DNA of 63,568 nucleotides, counting the filler, from Reclinomonas americana ATCC 50394 (Eukaryota): NCBI GenBank assembly GCA_048213135.1. It is 5 parts of 5 records of this genome, joined end to end, with 100 filler letters (N's around TTAATTAATTAA, not from the genome) between each part and the next. Parts side by side here need not be neighbours in the genome. Positions count along the whole stretch, not along the records: positions 31,913 to 60,528 come from PS015455.1; positions 60,629 to 62,289 come from PS015457.1; positions 62,390 to 63,568 come from PS015466.1; 2 more parts are not named here. One strand, 5' to 3'. Numbering within the stretch: the stretch's first letter is position 1; each line of letters begins with the position of its first letter. Positions 52,026 to 63,568 of this stretch are shown here, piece by piece. Position numbers and translations under genes: made by a program. The notes under the pieces were generated by a model that worked only from the letters and a program-made list of their open reading frames with translations, was not told the DNA's origin and made no database searches.

Positions 52026-55000
52026 TTACCCCCCATCAAAGATTGCACGCCCACGTACCCTTGGAATACCACCACCATTGCTGCTGCTGCTGTAGCTGCT
52101 CGACGATTGCGGCGACCACGTCCATGGCGACGACAGGCGCAGAGTAGGCGACGATGACAGCGTGCCGGAAGAAGTGGTGTGCGACGGAACTCGTGGCGAC
52201 GTCACTGTCGCTGGGCGCTGGCTCGAGAGCCCCACAGGAGCGCTACGCAGAATCGGCGAGCGGTAGTCGGCGCGCATCAGCTCCACGTGTGACTGCGGGT
52301 GCATCTCGCGTGCCACCAGCGGCCGGTAGGATTCACGGATAAACGAGGCCTCTTCCAGACCGGCGGCCGCCGTCGGAGTCACCGAGACTGGCGAGAACAG
52401 TGGCACCAAAGTGGTCGGCTCCACAGGCAGNNNNNNNNNNNNNNNNNNNNNNNNNNNNNNNNNNNNNNNNNNNNNNNNNNNNNNNNNNNNNNNNNNNNNN
52501 NNNNNNNNNNNNNNNNNNNNNNNNNNNNNNNNNNNNNNNNNNNNNNNNNNNNNNNNNNNNNNNNNNNNNNNNNNNNNNNNNNNNNNNNNNNNNNNNNNNN
52601 NNNNNNNNNNNNNNNNNNNNNNNNNNNNNNNNNNNNNNNNNNNNNNNNNNNNNNNNNNNNNNNNNNNNNNNNNNNNNNNNNNNNNNNNNNNNNNNNNNNN
52701 NNNNNNNNNNNNNNNNNNNNNNNNNNNNNNNNNNNNNNNNNNNNNNNNNNNNNNNNNNNNNNNNNNNNNNNNNNNNNNNNNNNNNNNNNNNNNNNNNNNN
52801 NNNNNNNNNNNNNNNNNNNNNNNNNNNNNNNNNNNNNNNNNNNNNNNNNNNNNNNNNNNNNNNNNNNNNNNNNNNNNNNNNNNNNNNNNNNNNNNNNNNN
52901 NNNNNNNNNNNNNNNNNNNNNNNNNNNNNNNNNNNNNNNNNNNNNNNNNNNNNNNNNNNNNNNNNNNNNNNNNNNNNNNNNNNNNNNNNNNNNNNNNNNN
53001 NNNNNNNNNNNNNNNNNNNNCACAGTCTGAATGGACAGCGGCGGAGACCGCTGCAGTTGCTGCTGTTGCGGCGGCGAGGTCTCGGCAGGCGGCGACGCGC
53101 GTGTGCTGCGGCAAGCAGCCTGATGCAACCGTACGAGTTGCAGACGGCGTAGCACCGGCGACCGGTCGGCTGTGGATGGCGGCACGAGCGGGTACCGCGA
53201 ACCAGGCGGCGACTCCACCGCACTCGAAGCCGCACTGATCGGCAACGCCGTGTGTGTGTGCGACGACAACCCCATGAGTGCGACCGACGACTCGGGCGAC
53301 AGACGGACGCTTCCGACTGGCGGCGGGGTAATGTCGACTGCAGCCGCAGCTGTTCCACAAGAAAAAGTGGGTGAGTCACACGAGGTGGCGTGGAAAGTCA
53401 CGAACGAAGAATTAATCGACACACCTCGTGGCATCTTCATGCGTTGCAGTGGCGTCTCCGACCACGCGGGAACTACAGCGAAGCAAACAAAGAGTCAGAA
53501 AATGGTGCCCGGTGACTTTCCATTTTGCCTACTCCCGTGCAGTTACGTACCACCACCAGCGTGCATGTCAGAGCCGGCAAATCGCTCGCCCTCAGTGGCC
53601 AGCATGTGATGACGATGTTGTCCCTCAGTCGCTGTCCACCGCGCAAATGTGACGTCTTCCGTGGACATGGTGGCATGTCGTCGCACTGGAACAGCAACGT
53701 CAGTGAGCGATACATCTCATGAGAGAGAGTACACACACACACACATACCGTCGGGAGAGTGAGCGGCTTGCAACGTGGACGACACGGGTGTCGCGGGATC
53801 GGCAGGCAGCGATGCCACTTGCGGAGTGTCGTCTCGCACGCGGCGGAGCACGGAGCGCATGGGCGATACACCTCCACGAGCACCAACCGATTCAGGAATG
53901 AGCGGGGGTGCCAGCAGCGGTTCGGTTGTCGGCGGCGAGCGGTGCGCCAGTGGTGATGCACGTCGCCAGGCTGTGCGCGCAAGAGTGAGACACAGAAGGC
54001 ATCCACGACCAACCAATCTCCCGTCCCTCACGCAACAAGTGAGCGACGCACTGGCTGTACGACCGTCGTCGGTGGGTGGCGAGTGCTGCGGCGGCGACAA
54101 GTCATCTGCATGGATCGGTACCGCTGATCTTGGCGGCGACGTGTAGCCGGCGGGCACCACCACTTCTTCTTCGCCCTCCTCCTCCTGCTGCACGCTTTCG
54201 TAAACCACCGGCATGCTCTCCACACCAGACGACCCGGCAGGTCGCGCAGAAGCCGCACGGACAGCATCGTGCGACACCACAGTGGTCGGCACTGCACGCA
54301 GAATAAAATGAACAACAAAAATCCGTCCGCACGCACACAAACACACATTGGTTTTGCTCACCGTTTCCTCGCACGCCTACAGCCGGCGGCGATGGTGGTC
54401 GCGGCACATCCAGCGCGCTGGTAACTGCGATATATAATGACGCAAAAATAAAGCGAGACAGGTTGAGTGCGCACGCACAGCACGCGTCATTGGCACCCGC
54501 AAACGAACCGGACGGCGAGCTGGGCGTGTCGGTCGCCGCACTGAAGCCTGCACGCGGGACCGCAGGCGGCGAATCCAGCACCTCCTCTGCAACAAGGCCG
54601 ATAGCCTCCGCTAGCGGCTTCGAGGCTGCACGGGAGCATGAGAACACTTTTGAGTCACAAGCAGACACAGACAAACTCAACAGCGCAAGCTTCCACGACG
54701 GCGACGAGAGCCGTCCGGTGGCGATGCGGCAAGTGGTGCCAGACCAAGTTCGGTGGTGAGCTGGGCGGCCAGGGCGCCAAAATACGACACACTGCCGCGG
54801 CGACCTGTCGACGAATCGCCGCCCTCGGCGGGAATGGAGGAGGCGCCAGAATCCGGTGACTGTACCGTTGCAAGGCCGAGAGGTGAGCGGAATGGTGGAA
54901 CACTGGAGTCGTCGCCGGCCATTGCCATCGGAACAGCAGGCGCAGGCGCAGGCGCAGCAGTTGCACTGATGGGCTGGTTGAGAGAAGGCGCACTGTCGCC

Positions 55001-58000
55001 GTATCGCATGCTCTCCAGTGCAGCCGTCAGCTGGGGCGACCACGGCGAGGTGGTGCGATCGACAATGGGCGGGAGAGGGGAAGCCACCGAAAGTCCGCGT
55101 AGCGGACGACTCTCGTTCCTAATGCTCTCGACAACCGCGTGCCCAACTCCTGTCGGTGTCTGCAGCACAGGCGCACTGGCAGTGCCGTCGACTGCACTCG
55201 CAGCGCGCATGCTTTCCAAGGCCGCCGTCAGCTGCGGTGACCACGGGGAGCTTGTGCGATCGAGGATAGGCGCCGCCGGTGAAGTTACACTCAGGCCGCG
55301 GAGCGAGCGACCGCGCGGTCGCGCCGTCGAATGGAAGCGCGTGTCGAGAGAGGCTGACGCCGCTGCGGCCATACGCGCAACGACGCTGTCACCCGCACCA
55401 TCAACGGGCGTCCCCCGTGGCGAGTCCGCCAGAGAGCTTAGCACGGAAAATGAAGCGCGTGGCGCCACCGGTGTGCGCGTGGGCGAGTCGAGTTTCTGTG
55501 AATGTGTGAAGAATTAGCAAAGGTCGGTCGGAGTGTGCGCGCAGAAATAAAGTCAACAAACCTCATCCATGGCCTGCACCATGGCAAGGAACGAGGAGGC
55601 CGACTGGTCGTACAGTGAACTGATTCCTCGCGGCGACAGCGGCGCCACTTCAGCGACTGGTTCTGGACTCGTCTCTGAAATCACTGCAGCCTCGGGCACT
55701 CCAGCATGCGCGACTTCTTCGGCGTCTCCGAATCTGCTGCCTTCCTCTGCTCCCAGAACATCACTACCCTCCACAGCTGCCAGCAGGTCTTCGTCGTCTT
55801 GCTGTTGTTGCTGTTGCTGTTGTGGTCTAAAGTACGAGAACGCGTGCTGCGGTACGGCCACCAGTGACTCTTCATCGACAGCGGCGGCGGCGGTGGCGGC
55901 GGACATGTACGCCGGCGCGACATGCGTCGACGCATCCACATCCACGCTCTCGGTGCCGAACGCTTCGAGTATGGTGGAGCCAACGTTGTCCACACCACTT
56001 CCGTCGCGCATCTGCTGCGCAACTGGCGTCGCCACAGGAAGCGGTTGGTGACTGAGCTGCTGGCCAAAGAATGCAGCAGCCGTGTCTCGCGACAAGGGCG
56101 TGAGACCAGGAACCGGCTGGACACCGCGCGGTGAACGGACCAATGTCGACACGGGCACCACAGGCGCAGCCACACTGTGCGGCAACTCGCTGGCAAACTC
56201 GCGCTGCGGAAGTGTCCACACGGGAGCGTGTTGACCACCAAAAGCAGCGCTCGGGCGACTAGGCATCGGCGCACGAGGCGAGGCCGGCGACGATCCAGAG
56301 GCTGTGCCAGTCGTACGACGGCTGCGATCCGAAGCAGACGACGGAGACTGCGAGACGTGGCTGCGCGGCGAAGATGGCAGCGCCGAAAGAGCATCAACCT
56401 CGAAGCTCGCCACCATCACACCCTCTCGTCGTGGGGTTAGTGGCGTTGGCGCATTCACCTCACTAATGTACGCCGCGACATCGCGCGGCGACATGACGGC
56501 GCTGGGCGGCGGTACTTCCTCGTCAGATTCGTCAGTGGTCGCGTATGGCGGCAATGTTGAAGGAGGGGGCGGCGACTGCAGATAGTCTGCGTCGACAGAC
56601 ATTGGCGTTGTTGCGTCGACCTCAATGTGGTGGTGGTCGGCGTCAGTGCGGGCGGCATCCGGCGCTGGCTGAACCTCCTCTGCCTGTTCTTCATGCCGCG
56701 ACGGCAGATCCACACCGGGGATGTCGGACTCGCCATCTCGCCTGAGTAGCGGCAGTGACAGCGGCGGCACCAGTGGCGGCTGCAGCGACAAAGGCGCCGC
56801 CGCCGCCGACAACGACGTGGATGTGACGCCCTCCGCACCGTGCAGCCGACCAGCAAAGGCAGGCGAGTTGGCCGTTCCGCTCCACGATCGCAAGTTGCTG
56901 TACACTTGCGCCAGATCCACGTCGTCGTCATCGTCGTCGTCGTCGTCATCATCATCGTCGTTGCCGCTCTCACTGCTGCTGTCCCGACGGTGACGATGCT
57001 TGCGACTCTTGTGGCCATGACGTCCGCCGTGCTTGCCACGTTTCGCCTTGTGAAGCGTTGCCATCTTTGCCTTATCATCCTCCTCCTCCTCCTCCTCGTC
57101 CTCCTCTTCTTCCTCCTCCTCGATTTCGTCCTCGTCAGCCACACGACGGACATCGTCATCCGAGTCCGTGTCGGAATCCGACGAAGTAGCGTCCCGCTGC
57201 TCCTGCCTCCTGCCCCCGTCGTCACGCCGGCGACGACGGCTGCCACTACTGTGTTCGCTGCCTGAGCTGTCCGTAGAAGAGTCACTGTCGCCGTCGGTGG
57301 CCTCCGCGCCGTACCCAATGTCATCCGTATCGTGTTCGATGACGGTGGTCGGTTCATCGTCCTCGCCACCCGCGCTACTGCCAGTGACGTCGCACGGTGG
57401 GGCCGACGGCCGGCTTCTAGTAGCCATGATGAGCATGTCCCGCGGATCATTCACGGCGGTTGCGCTGAGGGTTGCAGTTGACGTGTCATCGTCTGCGCGG
57501 CCACTGCTGTCCTCTTGCACAAAGGCACACTGCGCGCCTTCCGGCATGGCAGAGAGCACCTCGGCAAGCGGCGGAACACCTTCGCGCGAACGACGGTGCA
57601 TGGCCGCCTTGCTGCGAGGCGACATTGACGACTGCGGTTCGACAGCGTTCTCAGTGTTGGCGGCCACAATGGGCTCCTCTGCAGCTTGAACTGCGGCGAT
57701 GTGCAAGTCGTCGGGACGACTCGCAGGGACTGGGGCCGGGGGACTGGCACCAAACAACAACGCCGAGGCGGCGGCCAGCCCAGAAGCTGTGCCCGTGGAT
57801 CGTCGACCACGAGGTGAGGCTGTTGTCTCCACACCACCCGTCGGTGGTGCTGTTGCACTCGGCGGTTGCGCGTCAACGACATCGGTGACCGCGGGAGTGG
57901 CAGCAGGAGTGGCATTGGCAGTGGCAGTGGCGGCGGTGGTTGTTGCCGTTGCAGTGGCGGCAGCAGCAACCGGCGGTTCTTCCACTTTGACTGGAGACGC

Positions 58001-60527
58001 TGCAGCGTTCCAAGTCATGCGACGACCGACGCTAGTCGCACTCCCCATCCGGGTTCCACCGGTGAGGAGACGAGAGGGCGTCTTGAAGCTGTTGCTGCGT
58101 CCGGGACTCGACGACGTCGGGCTGACGCCGGAGCCGAGAAGCTGTGAGAGAGCACCAAACGCCAACGCCGACGCAGTTGGTGGGGAGCGCGATAGAAACA
58201 CGTCGTCGATGCCAATCATGGCTGGTACAGCCACTGCATCCTCCTCGTGCAGCTCCGTCTCCCACAGAAAATCTACTCAGCAGCACGGATCGATGTGAGA
58301 CATGTGACGACCACAGGCAGAAACTGCACGAAAAAACACGCACCGGGCGACGCGTCGACGGGTGACACAGACATGGGTGTCCGCGGAGAGCTTTGCACGC
58401 TGACAATGCTCCCCATGCACTCCATCGACTCGCCCTCGAATGATGCCGTGGTCGACGTTCCACTGCTCGACAGCGCCACATCGTCGCGATCTACGACCAC
58501 CGCATCTCCATCACCGACAGCCGTTGCGCCAGCAGCACCAGCGGCAGCAGTGGCAGAGGCCATTGATGGTGTGTGCAGCAGAACCTCGGCTGCGCAACAC
58601 ACACAAAAACGTGAGCCTGGGGGATTGCGCGTGGCGGAAAAAGTGAAATGAGAACACGAATTACCGCTGCTTGCTCGTCGTGGTGAGGAGTGCGACGCGC
58701 TGGTGCCCCAATCGTCGGTCGAGGACATATCCAGCGGCAACGGAAGCACATTGTGGATGGCATAGACGGCCCGCGACTCCTTGGTGAAGGGCACAGCCAG
58801 GCTGGAGCCGCGCTTGCGCGTGGTGTCAGAGGGCGACAATGGTGCAGACTGCTGCATGGTGAGCGGGATGGGTGTCGGCAGAGGTGTCGCTGAGCTTGTC
58901 TCCGACGACGCCACCTCTGCGACGAATGCGAGATTAGTGACATGGCAACTGCTTCGTGCGGTCAGTCTACACACACCAGAATTCGACATTGCTGACGATG
59001 ACGGCGACGGTGGCTCTCGTGGCGGTGCCAAAGGCGTCTGCTGTCCGGCAAAGGGCGACGAAATCTGGCGGAAAGCCACATCATCAAGTTCTGCTTCCCG
59101 TTCCAGACGGCGCCAGAGAGCCTCTGTTGGATCCAAGTCTTCTTCATCGTCGTCGTCATCATCAGCATCAGCCGCCCGCACGTCCACGTGCATGGCGTCG
59201 CTGGTCGGCACTCCAGTTGTAGACATCGCCAACTCCTCGCCAACTGAACCGACTGCGTTGTCGCCAGTGGCCGCAGCAAAAGGAATGGTCGCATGATCAC
59301 CAAAGAATGCAGACGATCCGGTAACTGAGTCGTCGTCGTCGGGCGCAGAGACTGCTTTGAAGGCCTGTAGAAATCGCGTAAGTGCCTGTGCTTATGACTA
59401 CAAATGTGATTTTCACGCAACAGCGGGTTTCCNNNNNNNNNNNNNNNNNNNNNNNNNNNNNNNNNNNNNNNNNNNNNNNNNNNNNNNNNNNNNNNNNNNN
59501 NNNNNNNNNNNNNNNNNNNNNNNNNNNNNNNNNNNNNNNNNNNNNNNNNNNNNNNNNNNNNNNNNNNNNNNNNNNNNNNNNNNNNNNNNNNNNNNNNNNN
59601 NNNNNNNNNNNNNNNNNNNNNNNNNNNNNNNNNNNNNNNNNNNNNNNNNNNNNNNNNNNNNNNNNNNNNNNNNNNNNNNNNNNNNNNNNNNNNNNNNNNN
59701 NNNNNNNNNNNNNNNNNNNNNNNNNNNNNNNNNNNNNNNNNNNNNNNNNNNNNNNNNNNNNNNNNNNNNNNNNNNNNNNNNNNNNNNNNNNNNNNNNNNN
59801 NNNNNNNNNNNNNNNNNNNNNNNNNNNNNNNNNNNNNNNNNNNNNNNNNNNNNNNNNNNNNNNNNNNNNNNNNNNNNNNNNNNNNNNNNNNNNNNNNNNN
59901 NNNNNNNNNNNNNNNNNNNNNNNNGGGGAACTGGCGGGGCGCCGGGTGACGAAGGCAGCGGCGGTGGCGGCGACGACGACTCGGTGGGAGGAGCAGCAAA
60001 GTACACGGGTTTCGGTGGTGGTGGCGGGCCGCGTCGAGGAGGTAGTGGTGGCGGCGTCGATGCTGTGGACAGCGGCGACATGACCACCACTGGCGACTCG
60101 TCGAGAGAGGCCCGTCTCGGCTCCGAATGCCACTCCGTGCGACCATAGCGATGAACAGACAGGCCAGGTGGTGTCATTGGCGGAAGGACTGGCAACGCAC
60201 TCGAGTCCTCACTGAGCACGCTGGTGCCGTCGTGCGACAGAGGCGACTGCACCGCACTGATGAACAATGCAGGCGCTTCAGCGGACAACTCCACCGCATC
60301 CAGGCCGCCCTTCTGCTGCGATGCTCGATTTCGACCAACGGAGCCCAAGACCGGTGACGAGTGCAGAAGCGCAGAAGCACCGCTCGCTGCTGCAGCCGTC
60401 CGCGGGGTACTCTGCGCAGGAGAATCGCTGCCGTGGCGAGCGACAGGCGGCAGCACCGTCGCAGGCAGCGAAAGTGGCGGCGGTGAAAAGTCGAGCAATG
60501 AAGCGGGACGCCCAGCGACTGTGCCAG
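52026..60527 (-). CDS. Very large low-complexity Ser/Pro/Asp/Glu-rich protein(s); ends undefined because of gaps
   Basis: Long - strand frames (55553-58234, 54677-55468, 58273-59232, 59925-60527) of similar composition separated by short introns or gaps. Confidence 0.55.
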
Positions 60528-60796
60528 CNNNNNNNNNNNNNNNNNNNNNNNNNNNNNNNNNNNNNNNNNNNNTTAATTAATTAANNNNNNNNNNNNNNNN
60601 NNNNNNNNNNNNNNNNNNNNNNNNNNNNGCAAGGGAAGGAACAGGGGGAGGGAGAAGGGGGAATGAACAGGGGGAAGGAAAAGGGGGAAGGAGAAGGGGG
60701 AGAGAAGGGGGAATGAGAAGGGGGAATGAGAAGGGGGAAGGAGAACGTCAACACTGCGAATAGCTTAACAAGCAGCACCACAAGATGCAACGCAAC

Positions 60797-61017
60797 GTCG
60801 AGAATCCACAGCAGGTTATTATTGTCCACGACACCATCGCGAGGCTGATTGAAGCGAGCGACTGCGCGCAATGTCAAGGGCGAAGAGTAAGTGCGACGAT
60901 TTTCGCACGAGCAAGTGGTTGGCATCAGGAAAAAAACCTGTGCCCGTTCCGTCGGCGGTTCCCGCGTTTCCCACAGAGCCGGCAAGCGCAGTGACAACGG
61001 CGGTCGGTGAGATGGCG
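60797..61017 (-). CDS. NHL-repeat (beta-propeller) protein fragment; exons 61017-60938 and 60861-60797
   Basis: Spliced VVTALAGSVGNAGTADGTGTVARFNQPRDGVVDNNNLLWILD is a typical NHL repeat. Confidence 0.65.
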
Positions 61018-61227
61018 CTGTACGGGAGGTGCGGGAAGAAAATGAGCAGCCAAGGTGGCGTGAAGCGAATGTTGAACACAATGACAAACCGAATCACATG
61101 GTTGAGGCTGCGGGCGCGGAGAGGAGAAGGGGAAAGGAGTGAGCGAGGAGCACGTGTGCAAATGTTGTATTTCCTCGAGCTCGACATACAGCGCTCGCTG
61201 ATTCATGCACGCCTATTGCTTGCAAGC

Positions 61228-61344
<117 letters not shown>

Positions 61345-61385
61345 NNNNNNNNNNNNNNNNNNNNCCCCCGGCTTTGCTTTGTTTG

Positions 61386-61622
61386 CCTGGCTTATGGCCT
61401 TTTCCCGAATTCGATGTGCCGTGTTCAATCGCAGAAAACGCTATGCGTCTATGCAAGTGCGTCAAATCCACTGGTCAACCACGCTTATGCGGTGAAGATC
61501 GCAGTTCTCGACTTGTTCGGAGCTCCGAGAGTGAACACACGCACACAAGGAACCTGCTGCCTCGAGATTGGTGTTTGTGTTGATGTTTTGGATACGGTTG
61601 AACTTGGTCATCATGACAGCTG
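61386..61622 (-). repeat. Dispersed intergenic repeat, copy B
   Basis: Reverse complement is collinear with 38939-39247. Confidence 0.8.
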
Positions 61623-62019
61623 TTGAGTGAATAAATTTGTTGTGTTGTTGCAGCTGCAGAATACGAAAAAAATCACAAATCGAAATCGAGCTCCAAATCG
61701 GACTTGCTCTCACTCACTGCGTGGCGATTTTCCGCCTCTTTCTTCGTTGATACTCATCGCAGCTCTCCTGTACAAACCGCGAAAACTCACATTTCACCGC
61801 TGAGAATTCGTTCGATGGTCGATGGACGAACTTGTATTGTCCAACAACACGCGAACGAAGTCCGAGTGCAAGCACACACACACACACTCACACACACGGG
61901 AAGGAAGTGCGCGTCTTTCTGCGCAACACACAGCGCGCGTGCTCTCGACTGCCTCACACAACCGACTGCAATGAGACACATGACAAATGTGGCAAGACAG
62001 CAGCTCTGGAGGTGAGCGA

Positions 62020-62070
<51 letters not shown>

Positions 62071-62389
62071 GCACACACACACACTCAAGAGAGAAAGAGC
62101 AAATGCATTGTTGACAAAACCAATTGTTCTCTTTTGCAGCTTGTTCCTCCTCGTCCTCCTCCTCCTCGCCTCCTCCTGCGCACACGCCGCACAGACAGCT
62201 TCCACTGGCCCCGCGAGTGAGATCCTCGTCAATGGCGCCACCATGAGCGCACTGGCCTCGGCCAATGATCAGCCCTCGACGGCCGTGACNNNNNNNNNNN
62301 NNNNNNNNNNNNNNNNNNNNNNNNNNNNNNNNNTTAATTAATTAANNNNNNNNNNNNNNNNNNNNNNNNNNNNNNNNNNNNNNNNNNNN

Positions 62390-63436
62390 GAGGAAGACCT
62401 CAAACGACAGCTGCTGGAGTACGCCTCCACCACCCTGCTGTTCGCCGATCGCGCCGTCAACGACAAACTGATCTCGTGGAATCGAGTGGTTCTTCTGCAC
62501 GGCCCACCAGGCACCGGCAAGACCAGCCTGTGCAAGGGACTGGCGCAAAAGTTGGCCATCCGATTTGCCGGCGGCGGTGGTGAGCTGTGCCTCCTTACCT
62601 CTCTCTCGCTCTTTGCGTGCGTTGTTGCTCAAGCTGTGCTTCCATAGATGGGCGGTATTCGTACGGACAACTGGTGGAGATCAATGCACACTCGCTGTTC
62701 TCCAAGTGGTTCTCCGAGAGCGGCAAGCTGGTGATGAAGCTGTTCAGAAAACTGCGCGAGATGGTCGACGACGAGCAGGCGTTTGTGTGTGTCCTGATTG
62801 GTGCGCGCGAAGTCGTCGAGTGGCCGACCATGCTGTGATCGCTGATCTTGCTCGCAGATGAGGTGGAGAGCCTGACGGCCGCCCGCAAGTCGGCCATCTC
62901 TGGTGCAGAACCGTCGGACGCCATTCGCGTGGTCAACGCCCTGTTGACTCAACTGGACAGCCTCAAGCAGTACTCGAATGTCCTCATTCTCACCACCAGC
63001 AACATCACCGAAGCGATCGACCTGGCGTTTGTCGATCGCGCCGACATTAAGCAGTACATTGGACCACCGTCCATCCGTGGGCGCTACGAGATCCTGCGCT
63101 CGTGCGTACACGAGCTGATGCGAGTGGGCATTGTGGAACACGAGGTGTGTCATGTGTGTTTTCTTACTTTTGCGCGTCTCGCTGACTCACTTCTTGCAGG
63201 TCCTGCCACCGCTGGCGCGCGGCGGCGATTTTGAGGCCGGCACAGCTGCGCAGATGCTCAAGGATGTGGCTGCCGCGTGCGAGGGACTGAGTGGACGCGC
63301 GTTGAGAAAGCTGCCGTTTATGGCTCATGCGTTCTACATGCGACAGCCGTCGGGGGTGTCGGTACGACGGTGCATGGAGGCATTGATGAGTGCCGTACAA
63401 CGCGAGCTGCTTCACCGAGAGCAGATGAGCTCGTGA
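62390..63436 (+). CDS. TRIP13: Pachytene checkpoint AAA+ ATPase TRIP13/PCH2; 5' exons (about 61815-62289) unresolved
   Basis: [112 protein letters not shown]. Confidence 0.96.
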
Positions 63437-63568
63437 TCGCCGAGAGCCGAGGGTGGGCGTGGAGACGAGTAGAGTGAGCTGCAACAACTGGAGAGTGTAC
63501 AGTGACTGGTCCTACGACGAGTCGAACCGCTGCACCCGGTTCATGGTCTGCTGCCACGAACAGTAGCC

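Overview
GC-rich, gene-dense, intron-rich eukaryotic DNA from a draft assembly with many N gaps and artificial TTAATTAATTAA linkers. WDR93 and NDUFAF5 homologues suggest a flagellated, aerobic protist (inference). Genes were reconstructed by hand across introns: STRAP (3' part), ERGIC3, PUF60, an SNase-like-domain protein, WDR93, a UCH-L deubiquitinase (partial), TMEM260, a nucleotide-diphospho-sugar transferase, two tandem CDP-alcohol phosphotransferase/cytidylyltransferase fusion genes, NDUFAF5, an NHL-repeat fragment, TRIP13/PCH2 and several long Ser-Pro-Arg-rich orphans. Main signal: two classes of 5' splice site are used side by side. One is ordinary (GTGCGT, GTGAGT, GTCCGC; usually exon -1 G). 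The other is an abundant '+1-shifted' class with an extra T after the GT (GTTGCGT, GTTTCGT, GTTACGT, GTTCCGT, GTTGAGT): 25 such donors were placed by reading frame, and 24 lack exon -1 G. Second signal: the two fused Kennedy-pathway paralogues appear to have reciprocally altered catalytic motifs. All identities come from recalled family motifs, not database searches, and splice sites are unconfirmed by transcript data.
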